Assembly (NCBI GenBank): GCA_964543265.1
Contig: CAZIWN010000002.1
Span: 29,554-93,553, forward strand
Source: an uncultured Candidatus Saccharibacteria bacterium
Lineage (GTDB): Bacteria > Patescibacteriota > Minisyncoccia > UBA6257 > 1-14-0-10-40-38
Length of the DNA: 64,000 nt
Reading direction: 5' to 3'
This document shows, one piece after another, positions 49,008 through 57,236 of the stretch. The notes beneath the pieces were generated by a model. The model had not been told where the DNA came from. It made no database searches and saw only the letters and a program-made list of their open reading frames with translations. Numbering within the stretch: position 1 is the first letter of the stretch; every line of letters starts with the position of its first letter. The position numbers and the translations under genes are program-made.

Positions 49008-49029
49008 TAATATAGCATTAATAATAGAC

Positions 49030-49070
49030 AAAAAACAAAAAGCCCCGCTTTCGCGGGGACTTTTTGTTTT
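49030..49070. terminator. bidirectional rho-independent terminator between the convergent GT gene and the surface-protein gene
   Basis: aaaaAGCCCCGCtttcGCGGGGACtttttgtttt. Confidence 0.75.
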
Positions 49071-49094
49071 GAACATAACCTCTCTAACAAGCGA

Positions 49095-52000
49095 CTATTC
49101 GAATGAAACAGTGCTTGTGATTGGGATAATTCTGTCTTCGAGATATAAGGTCTCAGAAGCTGAATTTCCTTGAGATGACCATGTCAAAGCGGAGCTGCTT
49201 CCTAACTGCCATGACAAGCTGTCAGAAGTATTGGCAACGTTAGCAAATGCAGTCGAATCAACTCTCAACTTGAACACTTTGGATGTTCCTTGTGTTACAA
49301 GATAAGGAGTTGGAAGAGTCATTCCTAATCCAGTTGTTGTCGCATTTGTTGCGCTGGTGGTAGAAGTGATTGTGCTTCCTGTATCGCTGTCTACAAGTGA
49401 TAATGTTATGCCAGTTGCTCCAGATCCTAGGGCTGCACCAGAGAACTTGATTTGGAGAGTCTTTAACTCAACACCGTAATTTGCATCAGCGGTTATGGTT
49501 ATAGTTCCAATATCATCGTTCGCCTGTCTGGTTCTATTAGAAGTTGCTCCTAATGTTCCCAAGGCAGGGGTAAGCTTTGTTCTCAAAGCAGTTTGAATGT
49601 TTGAGGTCAAAGTCTGTGTGCTGCTAGAAGTTGTAGCAGTAACTTGCGTGTTCGAATCAACTCCGAAAGCTTTAATATCACCTCCTAATGTTGGAGTTGT
49701 ACTCGCAGAATTAATGGTGAATTGATAAAGCTTATTATGAGATGAGGTTGAATTCGTGAACGAAGCAACGTCTCCCTTCAAGGTATATGTCTTGGTTGTA
49801 TTCTTTGGAACAATCATAGAGCTTCCGAATGAAAAGTCAGAAGTATAATATGATGTCGAAGAAGCGACCAAAGAAGTTCCCGTTGGGCCAACTTGTGTAG
49901 CTCCGTCAAAGAATCTTAGATTGCTGAAAGTAGCAGGAGCTCCAGCAGATGTAGAAGCTGTAATTCTCAAGGTATCAAGTCTGATATCTTCATTATTATC
50001 AGCTGTAAATCTGAATTGAGCCAATGTTACACCATTTGATCCTAATACTATCTGTTGAGCAGATGGAGTAGAAGTATCAACTGTAGCAGTCAAAGTTCCA
50101 GCAGAAGCAACAACTATGTTTTGTCCATAGATTGGGTTAGATGAAGAAACAGCTGCACTGGTTGTTGCCAATGTCTGACTGCTTCTTGTAACAGCCCCAA
50201 CTCCAGTTGCTCCAGTGATTGATGTTGGAGCGCTGTATGTTGCAGCAGATGAACCGCTCAAAACATCTCCATAAACATCAAGGGTAATAGATGATCCGGC
50301 TGGGATCAAAGTTACGCCATTTGGTGATGTAAATGTGTATGCAGTAGAAGCGGCCAACGTTGGAACGTTATAGTTCCATTCTGTTGAACCATTCTTAACT
50401 CTCAAGTTTTGGACCTTCAATCCCGATGTAACATCCGAGGATGTTTTAACCGTGACATTGCTGACTTCAATTCCTTCAGCCGAAGAAGCTGAGAATGAGT
50501 ATGAACCCAATTTTCTCATTTGTCCTCCAGCTACATAGGTCTGAGCTCCAAATCCAGTGTTTTGTGAGGCCAAGAATGGAGAAGCAATGATTGTCAAAGC
50601 TGATCCATCCAATGTTCCTCCTGGAGCAGAAGCAGTCTGGAACGAAACTTGTCCTTCTATGTTAGATCCAGTAAATCCGGATGTTCCTGAAGGAGCAACT
50701 AATGATCCCTTAATAGAGCTAGAGGTTGCAGTTGTAGGAATTTCTACCTTCAAGCTCAACACTCTTGTAGTATTAGCTGGAATTATATAGTTGACGTTTG
50801 AAGAACTAGAACCAAATGAACAAATATAGGTTGCGCTCGTAGCTGCTGTTGCATATTCAGCAGTTCCATAAGTGCAAGATGATAATGTTCCAATTTCAGT
50901 TCCAACCTGTATTCCGTCATCTCCAACTAAACTTACGGCTCCAATTAAGCTGTCAATGTTTCCAGAGGAAACGCTAACTCCAGCAGTTGTGCTTGCTGTG
51001 AAGGTTAGTTTAAATGGTAACCATTTAATTCTAACGGCTTCTCCAGAAGCTCTAAGGTCAAATTTAGCCAAGGTAACATTTGTTGATCCCTTAGCAATAT
51101 TGCCTGTTGGGGTATTAACGTTTGTAGAAGCGGTTACTGTTCCAGCTCTTACTGTAACTTCCGTTGCAGAAGATGATGGTGTTCCACCGCTAATATTGGT
51201 GTTGTACTGTGTATCAGTTACAACCCAATCATATGGTCTCTGTAATTCAATCTTAACTGTTCTATTTGGAGTTCCAAGTACATCAAAGAATAAATCCATG
51301 ACGTGTGTTCCAGTTGTTAAGACTGGAGCGTTGGAAGCCATATCGAAAGTGATTTTTCCAGTAGCATCGGTGGATGCAGCTGTTCCAACAACTTTTCCAT
51401 CAATCATTAACTGGAAGTTTCTTGTATCGCTTCCTTTATTATTAGATCCAGTATCTCTCAAGGTTACATTACTGACCTTAATCGGGCTGTTTGAAACAGA
51501 GATTGTCCAAGCAGCTCCCCTGAATCCCATTGTTCCGGCATCAACAGTAGAAGCAACTCCTGTGTATGCAAAAGTTGCAACTGATGCTAATGATGGATTG
51601 GAAACGCTGGTAGTTACGAAGTTACCTCCATTGATTGGGAAGCTTCCTCCGACAGATCCAGTTGAAAGAGTGATATCAGATGCATTGGCCAAAGTGAACG
51701 ACAACGTATTACCGTTAGAAGCTCCTGTGGACATATCCATTCTGAGCCAAACATCAACAGTCTGACCTGCTGGGACTTCAAACAAATTTCCAGAGAAATT
51801 TACCATTCCTCCAGACAAGCTGTTGTACTGAGCAGCAATTGAACTGCCTACAGACAAATAAGCATTGGTAATGTTTGAATCTGAAACTACACCAGTCTTT
51901 AAGAATTTAGCTCCTGTGACCCAAACGTTTTGGTTTGTGCCGTTAGAAACTTTAAAGTTTAAAACTGGAATTTGAGCTGCGCCAGAAATAACTGATCCTC

Positions 52001-52490
52001 CAACATTAGATCCAGGGACGATAGTTACTTGTCCAGTAACAACTGGGGTAACTGTTGTTCCTCCGTTTCCTGTTGATGGAGTATATACAGCCATTGAAGC
52101 ATAAGCAGCTCTTGATTTAGATCCGAAATATCCTACAGCTGGGCTGATTCCGGAAGCAGATTGCCAAGCGGCAACTGCAGCTTTAGTCAAAGAACCGAAA
52201 TATCCCGTTGCGGAATAATTCAAGTGTCCTTTTGCTCTCAAGACATTCTGTAAGCAAGTAACATCATCTCCCTTAGCACCAACGGTGAGGTCGCGGGTGA
52301 AAGTGCAAGAAGCTGCTGTTGAAACAGAGGATCCTGATTGTAAAGCTACAAGCTGGGCTTGTAATTGGGCGATTTGCTGCAACAAAGCACTGATATCAGT
52401 TGTTTGAGCAGAAACCGATCCAACCAATACTGATCCAGAAAGCCACAAAACTGTCGCTAACACTAACATTCTAGAAAATATTTTACTCAT
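49095..52490 (-). CDS. large secreted Ser/Thr/Gly/Ala-rich cell-surface protein with N-terminal coiled-coil and a peptidoglycan-binding domain (S-layer/sheath-like candidate)
   Basis: 1131 aa. Signal peptide MSKIFSRMLVLATVLWLSGSVLVGSVSA|Q, then LLQQIAQLQAQLVALQ coiled-coil, then a PG_binding_1-like block DLTVGAKGDDVTCLQNVLRAKGHLNYSATGYFGSLTKAAVAAWQSASGI. The remaining ~950 aa are beta-rich and extremely rich in T/S/G/A/V/N with almost no charged residues. Confidence 0.75.
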   Translation of the reverse strand: MSKIFSRMLVLATVLWLSGSVLVGSVSAQTTDISALLQQIAQLQAQLVALQSGSSVSTAASCTFTRDLTVGAKGDDVTCLQNVLRAKGHLNYSATGYFGSLTKAAVAAWQSASGISPAVGYFGSKSRAAYASMAVYTPSTGNGGTTVTPVVTGQVTIVPGSNVGGSVISGAAQIPVLNFKVSNGTNQNVWVTGAKFLKTGVVSDSNITNAYLSVGSSIAAQYNSLSGGMVNFSGNLFEVPAGQTVDVWLRMDMSTGASNGNTLSFTLANASDITLSTGSVGGSFPINGGNFVTTSVSNPSLASVATFAYTGVASTVDAGTMGFRGAAWTISVSNSPIKVSNVTLRDTGSNNKGSDTRNFQLMIDGKVVGTAASTDATGKITFDMASNAPVLTTGTHVMDLFFDVLGTPNRTVKIELQRPYDWVVTDTQYNTNISGGTPSSSATEVTVRAGTVTASTNVNTPTGNIAKGSTNVTLAKFDLRASGEAVRIKWLPFKLTFTASTTAGVSVSSGNIDSLIGAVSLVGDDGIQVGTEIGTLSSCTYGTAEYATAATSATYICSFGSSSSNVNYIIPANTTRVLSLKVEIPTTATSSSIKGSLVAPSGTSGFTGSNIEGQVSFQTASAPGGTLDGSALTIIASPFLASQNTGFGAQTYVAGGQMRKLGSYSFSASSAEGIEVSNVTVKTSSDVTSGLKVQNLRVKNGSTEWNYNVPTLAASTAYTFTSPNGVTLIPAGSSITLDVYGDVLSGSSAATYSAPTSITGATGVGAVTRSSQTLATTSAAVSSSNPIYGQNIVVASAGTLTATVDTSTPSAQQIVLGSNGVTLAQFRFTADNNEDIRLDTLRITASTSAGAPATFSNLRFFDGATQVGPTGTSLVASSTSYYTSDFSFGSSMIVPKNTTKTYTLKGDVASFTNSTSSHNKLYQFTINSASTTPTLGGDIKAFGVDSNTQVTATTSSSTQTLTSNIQTALRTKLTPALGTLGATSNRTRQANDDIGTITITADANYGVELKTLQIKFSGAALGSGATGITLSLVDSDTGSTITSTTSATNATTTGLGMTLPTPYLVTQGTSKVFKLRVDSTAFANVANTSDSLSWQLGSSSALTWSSQGNSASETLYLEDRIIPITSTVSFE

Positions 52491-52643
52491 GTATGTGACT
52501 TAAAAAAAATTATTGATTTTATTTTATAATTACTAACTTTTAGGATGACTCTTGTGATGCTCGACCAAAAAGTCTTCCATTTTCAGGAAAAGCCGGTAAC
52601 GTCAGAGACCGACCAAGGGCTCTTAACGCCAAGCTTCTTTTAA

Positions 52644-52676
52644 CAAAAAAATCTCGCTCTTTGTGTGAAGCGAGAC
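52644..52676 (-). terminator. rho-independent terminator inside the 470-bp intergenic region upstream of the surface-protein gene
   Basis: On the minus strand GTCTCGCTtcacacaaagAGCGAGAT followed by ttttttt. Confidence 0.55.
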
Positions 52677-52766
52677 TGCGAGAAAAAAACAACAAGCCCC
52701 TTAGGGTATGAATATACCGCAAAAAGCCTGTAAAATAACGTTCCTCGCCTAGCCTCACACTAAGCA
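52644..52766 (-). ncRNA. candidate small transcript (~120 nt) bounded by a near-consensus promoter and an intrinsic terminator; identity unknown (sRNA or attenuated 5' leader)
   Basis: Promoter TTGAAA-N17-TATAAT at 52773..52801 (minus), terminator at 52644..52676. The interval has no credible ORF. The track ORF 52540..52767 reads through the terminator and is probably spurious. Confidence 0.3.
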
Positions 52767-52772
52767 AAACAT

Positions 52773-52801
52773 ATTATATCAGGTACCCCGATATATTTCA
52801 A
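52773..52801 (-). promoter_or_regulatory. sigma-70-type promoter, TTGAAA-17 nt-TATAAT
   Basis: Minus-strand TTGAAAtatatcggggtacctgaTATAATatg. Both hexamers match consensus with ideal spacing. Confidence 0.4.
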
Positions 52802-52962
52802 ATGTACAATCAATCCCTTAATCTGTGGACAATCTGTGCATAATGCTTATTTATTCAATAAACAAACGATATTAACAGTTGCCTTAAATATACAACGACT
52901 ATACGGTTCAAGTATTACGAACCCACAAAAACGAGCCACTTATAACAAATCAATATATTCCC

Positions 52963-53625
52963 CTATATATTTCTAACCCTATAAAAACTAGCCGGACCAG
53001 AACCAACTCTTTCAAGGCGACCCTCGGCACATGCCCTAGTTAAATCATATCTCAAAGTTCTTTCGCTAATATTTGGAAAGAGAGTGATTAAATCCTTTAA
53101 TTGAGCCGGCTTATCCATTTGCCTTATTTTATCTATTATAGAGGTTTGCCTTATTGCCGTATTGTCATTTGCCGCATTAAAACCATTATTAGAATCTAAT
53201 TGTTCATTAGCGGATAAATTTAAGGATTCGGCAATAACATCGCTCTTTGCCTTATTATTAGTTTTATTATCCTTCTTAAAGTTTGCCGTATTTTTATGAA
53301 TTTGATCATTGAGACCAAGATAATTACCATCAGAACTTAAACCGGTAACCATTCCCCTAGAAACATCATCCAATAAAGAAGATAATTCCTTTTTAACTAT
53401 TAACGCGTTTAATGGCTCTATTTCATAGATTATTTTACCGAAATCAACCAATCCAATAGCTAAATTAATAGACTCTATAACCTCTTCTCTCTTATTTAAG
53501 ATAACCCTTTCTAGCAAATCTAAAGACAATCTCTCTAATCTAGCCCTAAAATCATGCCTCCTTGAAGATACGGCAATTTGTATAAGTGCCAAGCTTATTT
53601 TTTTAACCCTCTCTTGTAGCTCCAT
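52963..53625 (-). CDS. hypothetical protein with an N-terminal helical bundle and a C-terminal winged-helix DNA-binding-like domain
   Basis: 220 aa. The C-terminus ISERTLRYDLTRACAEGRLERVGSGPASFYRV looks like a wHTH recognition helix plus wing. A central Asn-rich low-complexity segment separates the domains. Confidence 0.45.
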   Translation of the reverse strand: MELQERVKKISLALIQIAVSSRRHDFRARLERLSLDLLERVILNKREEVIESINLAIGLVDFGKIIYEIEPLNALIVKKELSSLLDDVSRGMVTGLSSDGNYLGLNDQIHKNTANFKKDNKTNNKAKSDVIAESLNLSANEQLDSNNGFNAANDNTAIRQTSIIDKIRQMDKPAQLKDLITLFPNISERTLRYDLTRACAEGRLERVGSGPASFYRVRNI

Positions 53626-53681
53626 TTGCCTTATATTCTATAAAAAATAAGGCAATTAAATCAAGTCTCGTAATAATATTT

Positions 53682-54275
53682 TTAAAGTAAAAGCAATGCC
53701 AACACAAAAGCTGCTAAAGCGAAAAAAGATATAGTCACACCCCTAACATCAACTCTTTCCCTAAAAACCAAAAAGAAGCTAGAAATAATAGTTACTAAGC
53801 TCAAAAAATAAGCCACAGATTCTCCGCTAGAAAAAATTAACCTAGAAATGAAAAACGACTCTGAAACTATAAGAGCTAAAACAGAAGACTTCAAAAAGCT
53901 ATTTTTCAAAGGGGCCAATCCCCCATCTTCACCGTAACTAACACTCATAGACCCAACAAACAAAAACATTACAAATAAAAATAATAAAGGTAATAAAAAA
54001 ATCATCTCTATGCCTCTAAATGAATTAAATTCAAAAAAAGCATAGAAAAATATGAAATTAGCCAAAACATAGTTCCACTCCCTTTTTCTCACAAAATAAT
54101 TATTTCTTAAACCTAAAGATATAAAGAAAACCACAGAGGCAGAAAATGAGGATATTAAAAAGTCTAAGCCACTAAAATTAAAAGCTGAAAAAAAACTCAA
54201 TATTAAAGAATATAGAAAAGGAAAAAAGAATTGAAAAAATCTCTTAGATTCAAAGCCATACAAAGCAAAACCCAT
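53682..54275 (-). CDS. polytopic membrane protein of unknown function (start uncertain)
   Basis: The track ORF runs to 54407 and would overlap the clpB 3' end by 53 nt. The internal Met at ~54275 (MGFALYGF...) avoids the overlap. Very Phe/Leu-rich, at least 6 TM. Confidence 0.4.
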   Translation of the reverse strand: MGFALYGFESKRFFQFFFPFLYSLILSFFSAFNFSGLDFLISSFSASVVFFISLGLRNNYFVRKREWNYVLANFIFFYAFFEFNSFRGIEMIFLLPLLFLFVMFLFVGSMSVSYGEDGGLAPLKNSFLKSSVLALIVSESFFISRLIFSSGESVAYFLSLVTIISSFFLVFRERVDVRGVTISFFALAAFVLALLLL

Positions 54276-54354
54276 TAAAACAATCAAAAATTGAAGGAAA
54301 AAAGACCCTCCGCTTAAATGAAGTAAAAATATGGATAGAAAAAATATCAGAGAC

Positions 54355-57000
54355 CTAACGACTAATTGAAATAGCCGAGCCTGAGTAAGAGATTTTAAGT
54401 TTGTCACCGTTTTTTATTTCACCCTTTAACATTTTGTCCGACAATTGGTTTAATATTGTTTTTTCAACAAATCTTTTAATAGGCCTTGCTCCATAGTCTG
54501 GATCAAAACCATTATCAACTAGATATTTTTTTGTATTGGCATCAAAAGCAACCTTTATATTCTTAGCCTCTAGCTTTTTTCTGACTATCTCCAACTGCAA
54601 ATCAACGATCTTTTCTATAACAGACCTACTTAAAGGATTAAATATAATTATTTCATCTAATCTATTTAAAAATTCTGGCCTGAAATTATCTTTTAATTCA
54701 GCAGATACCTTATTTTTAAAGTCGGATTCCTTTTCAGATCTATCTTTTTCAGCATTATTACCACTCCCCTCAAATCCAATCTTAGATATTTCTCTAAAGT
54801 AAAAACTACCGACATTAGATGTCATTATTATTATAGTGTTTTTAAAATTTACAGTTTTTCCCTTTGAATCAGTCAACCTTCCGTTATCTAAAACTTGTAG
54901 CAATAAATTCAAAACCTCTGGATGAGCTTTTTCAATTTCATCGAACAATATCAAATTATATGGCCTATGCCTTATAGCTTCGGTAAGTTGTCCACCATCT
55001 TCATGTCCGACATAGCCAGGAGGAGATCCAACCAAGCGAGAAACCGAATGCTTCTCCATATATTCCGACATATCAACCCTAATCATGGCCCTTTCATCAT
55101 TAAACATAAATTCAGCCAAAGCCCTGGCTAATTCAGTTTTTCCAACTCCAGTCGGACCAAGAAAGATAAAAGATCCCATCGGCCTATTTTCATCAGACAA
55201 TCCAGCCCTAGAACGCCTAAGAGCGCTAGATATTGATTTTATAGCATCATCCTGGCCAATAACTCTAGAACCTAAAACTTCTTCTATCTTTGATAATTTC
55301 TGAGATTCTGTTTCAAGCATCCTAGAAACCGGTATTCCAGTCCAACGACTTACAACTCCAGCAACATCCTCCTCATCAACCATCTCTTTTATAAAACTCT
55401 TGTCCTCGTTCTTTTTCTTAGATGTTTTTTTGCTAAAATTTTTCTTTTCGTAAGCCTGATACTCTTTTTCCGCCTGAGGTAAATTTCCATAGAGTATTTC
55501 AGCTACTTTTTCCAAATTTCCAGATCTTTCCGCAACTTCAGCCTCTCTTTTAAGATTTTCTATTCTCCTTCTTAAGTTATGTAAATTTTCAAAAATCATT
55601 TTCTCTGCATGCCAAGAAGCCGATAGCTCGTCATTTCTATCTTTTAATCCAGATATTAATTTTTCTATTTCTTTAACTCTTTCCTTGCCGGAAGATTCTT
55701 TAGATAGTGCCGATTTTTCTATCTCCAGCCTAGTGACTTCTTTTCTTACCTTCTCTATCTCTGAAGGCAAACTTTCAGACTCTAATTTTCTTGCAGCCGC
55801 TGCTTCATCTATTAAATCCACTGCTTTATCTGGTAAAAATCTATCCGTTATATATCTAGAAGATAAATTTACAGCGGAAATCAAGGCTTCATCGCTAATT
55901 CTAAGCCCATGGTGTATTTCATATTTTTCTTTCAATCCCCTCAAAATCGAAACCGCGTCTTCATAACTTGGCTCGTCAACTACTATTGGCTGAAATCTTC
56001 TCTCTAGTGCTGGATCTTTTTCTATATGTCTTTGATATTCTCTAGTGGTTGTTGCTCCAATTGCATGAAGCTCTCCCCTAGCAAGTGGCGGTTTTAATAA
56101 ATTTGAAGCATCAAGCGCTCCCTCGGCTGCTCCAGCCCCCACAATCATATGAATCTCATCTATAAATAAAATAAGTCTTCCTTGAGAATTTTGTATCTCT
56201 TTTATAAAAGCCTTTAATCTATCCTCAAATTCTCCTCTAAATTTAGTTCCGGCTATCAAGCTTCCTAAATCAAGCATAATAATCTCTTTATTTTTAAGAG
56301 TTTCTGGAACATTTCCTTCGATGATTCTTTGCGCCAATCCTTCAACTATAGCTGTTTTACCAACCCCAGGCTCTCCTATTAAGACTGGATTATTTTTTGT
56401 TCTTCTTGAAAGAACCTGTATCAATCTTCTCAATTCCTCCTCCCTGCCTATTACCGGATCAAGCTTACCCTGCTTAGCTCTTTCGGTTAAATTTATGGCA
56501 TATTTTTCCAAAACTTGAAATTTTGCCTCCGGAGTTTCGTCCGTTATCCTCATGGAACCTCTAAGTTGAGCCAAAATTCTTAGTACCTGCTCTCTTTTTA
56601 AAGAAAATTCCTCTAAAACAGTTTTTGCCTGAGATGGAGTTTCTAATATTGCCAATAATAAATGTTCGCAAGAAATAAACTCATCCTTTTGAGAAGCTGC
56701 AACCTTAGCCGCCTTATCTAAAACCTGCATCAACTCTTGAGAAAGATAAAGCTGCCCGATAGATGATGCGGCAAATATTTTTGGAAGCTTTAAAAGCTCA
56801 TCTTCAATCACCTTATATAAGGAATCGATATTAACTCCAGCTTTAACTAAAACAGGTTTAACTAAAGATTGTTCATCCGAAATCAAGCTTAATAGAAGAT
56901 GTAGCGCCTTAAACTCTCCATGATTTCTTTGTGCGGCTAAATCCTGTGCATTTTGAAGAGCTTCTTGCGCTTTTATTGTAAATTTATTGAAATTTCTCAT
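54355..57000 (-). CDS. clpB: ATP-dependent chaperone ClpB
   Basis: 881 aa. Clp N-domain repeats, NBD1 GEPGVGKTAIVEGLAQRI, long middle coiled-coil, NBD2 GPTGVGKTELARALAEF, sensor-2 GARPIKR. Confidence 0.92.
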   Translation of the reverse strand: MRNFNKFTIKAQEALQNAQDLAAQRNHGEFKALHLLLSLISDEQSLVKPVLVKAGVNIDSLYKVIEDELLKLPKIFAASSIGQLYLSQELMQVLDKAAKVAASQKDEFISCEHLLLAILETPSQAKTVLEEFSLKREQVLRILAQLRGSMRITDETPEAKFQVLEKYAINLTERAKQGKLDPVIGREEELRRLIQVLSRRTKNNPVLIGEPGVGKTAIVEGLAQRIIEGNVPETLKNKEIIMLDLGSLIAGTKFRGEFEDRLKAFIKEIQNSQGRLILFIDEIHMIVGAGAAEGALDASNLLKPPLARGELHAIGATTTREYQRHIEKDPALERRFQPIVVDEPSYEDAVSILRGLKEKYEIHHGLRISDEALISAVNLSSRYITDRFLPDKAVDLIDEAAAARKLESESLPSEIEKVRKEVTRLEIEKSALSKESSGKERVKEIEKLISGLKDRNDELSASWHAEKMIFENLHNLRRRIENLKREAEVAERSGNLEKVAEILYGNLPQAEKEYQAYEKKNFSKKTSKKKNEDKSFIKEMVDEEDVAGVVSRWTGIPVSRMLETESQKLSKIEEVLGSRVIGQDDAIKSISSALRRSRAGLSDENRPMGSFIFLGPTGVGKTELARALAEFMFNDERAMIRVDMSEYMEKHSVSRLVGSPPGYVGHEDGGQLTEAIRHRPYNLILFDEIEKAHPEVLNLLLQVLDNGRLTDSKGKTVNFKNTIIIMTSNVGSFYFREISKIGFEGSGNNAEKDRSEKESDFKNKVSAELKDNFRPEFLNRLDEIIIFNPLSRSVIEKIVDLQLEIVRKKLEAKNIKVAFDANTKKYLVDNGFDPDYGARPIKRFVEKTILNQLSDKMLKGEIKNGDKLKISYSGSAISISR

Positions 57001-57075
57001 TTTTATATATGAGCTAATTATCGGCGATTAGCACTCCAAAGTCAAGATTGCTAATAATCAATATTCACATACCTA

Positions 57076-57110
57076 AAATAAAAAAATCCCCGCACACAAT
57101 GCGAGGATTT
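57076..57110 (-). terminator. rho-independent terminator of hppA
   Basis: Minus strand aaaaaATCCTCGCattgtgtGCGGGGATttttttat (one C.A mismatch in the stem). Confidence 0.55.
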
Positions 57111-57130
57111 TTTAATTTTCAAGTTATAAC

Positions 57131-57236
57131 TTTAAATTTAAAACGGGCAGATACGAGGCGTTTCGAGGAAGTTGCATCAGAGCCATGCGGATACTACGAC
57201 GAGAAACAACAAAGTAGCTGACGTTTTAAATTTAAA
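57131..57236 (-). repeat. 15-bp perfect inverted repeat (TTTAAATTTAAAACG ... CGTTTTAAATTTAAA) enclosing a 76-bp GC-rich core, located in the hppA 3' UTR and overlapping its stop codon
   Basis: Arms at 57131..57145 and 57222..57236. The core ggcagatacgaggcgtttcgaggaagttgcatcagagccatgcggatactacgacgagaaacaacaaagtagctga is far more GC-rich than the flanks. Confidence 0.5.

Noticed and set aside
50557-51765. 297-aa and 77-aa plus-strand ORFs inside the 49095..52490 surface-protein gene, and 60 to 113-aa minus-strand ORFs inside the Calx-beta adhesin gene (17576..19156)
   Set aside because: Antisense frames of compositionally biased, repeat-rich genes, which lack stops by chance. No start or terminator context.
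52540-52767. 75-aa minus-strand ORF in the long intergenic region
   Set aside because: It reads straight through a strong intrinsic terminator hairpin and has no start context. It is interpreted as non-coding (candidate sRNA/leader).
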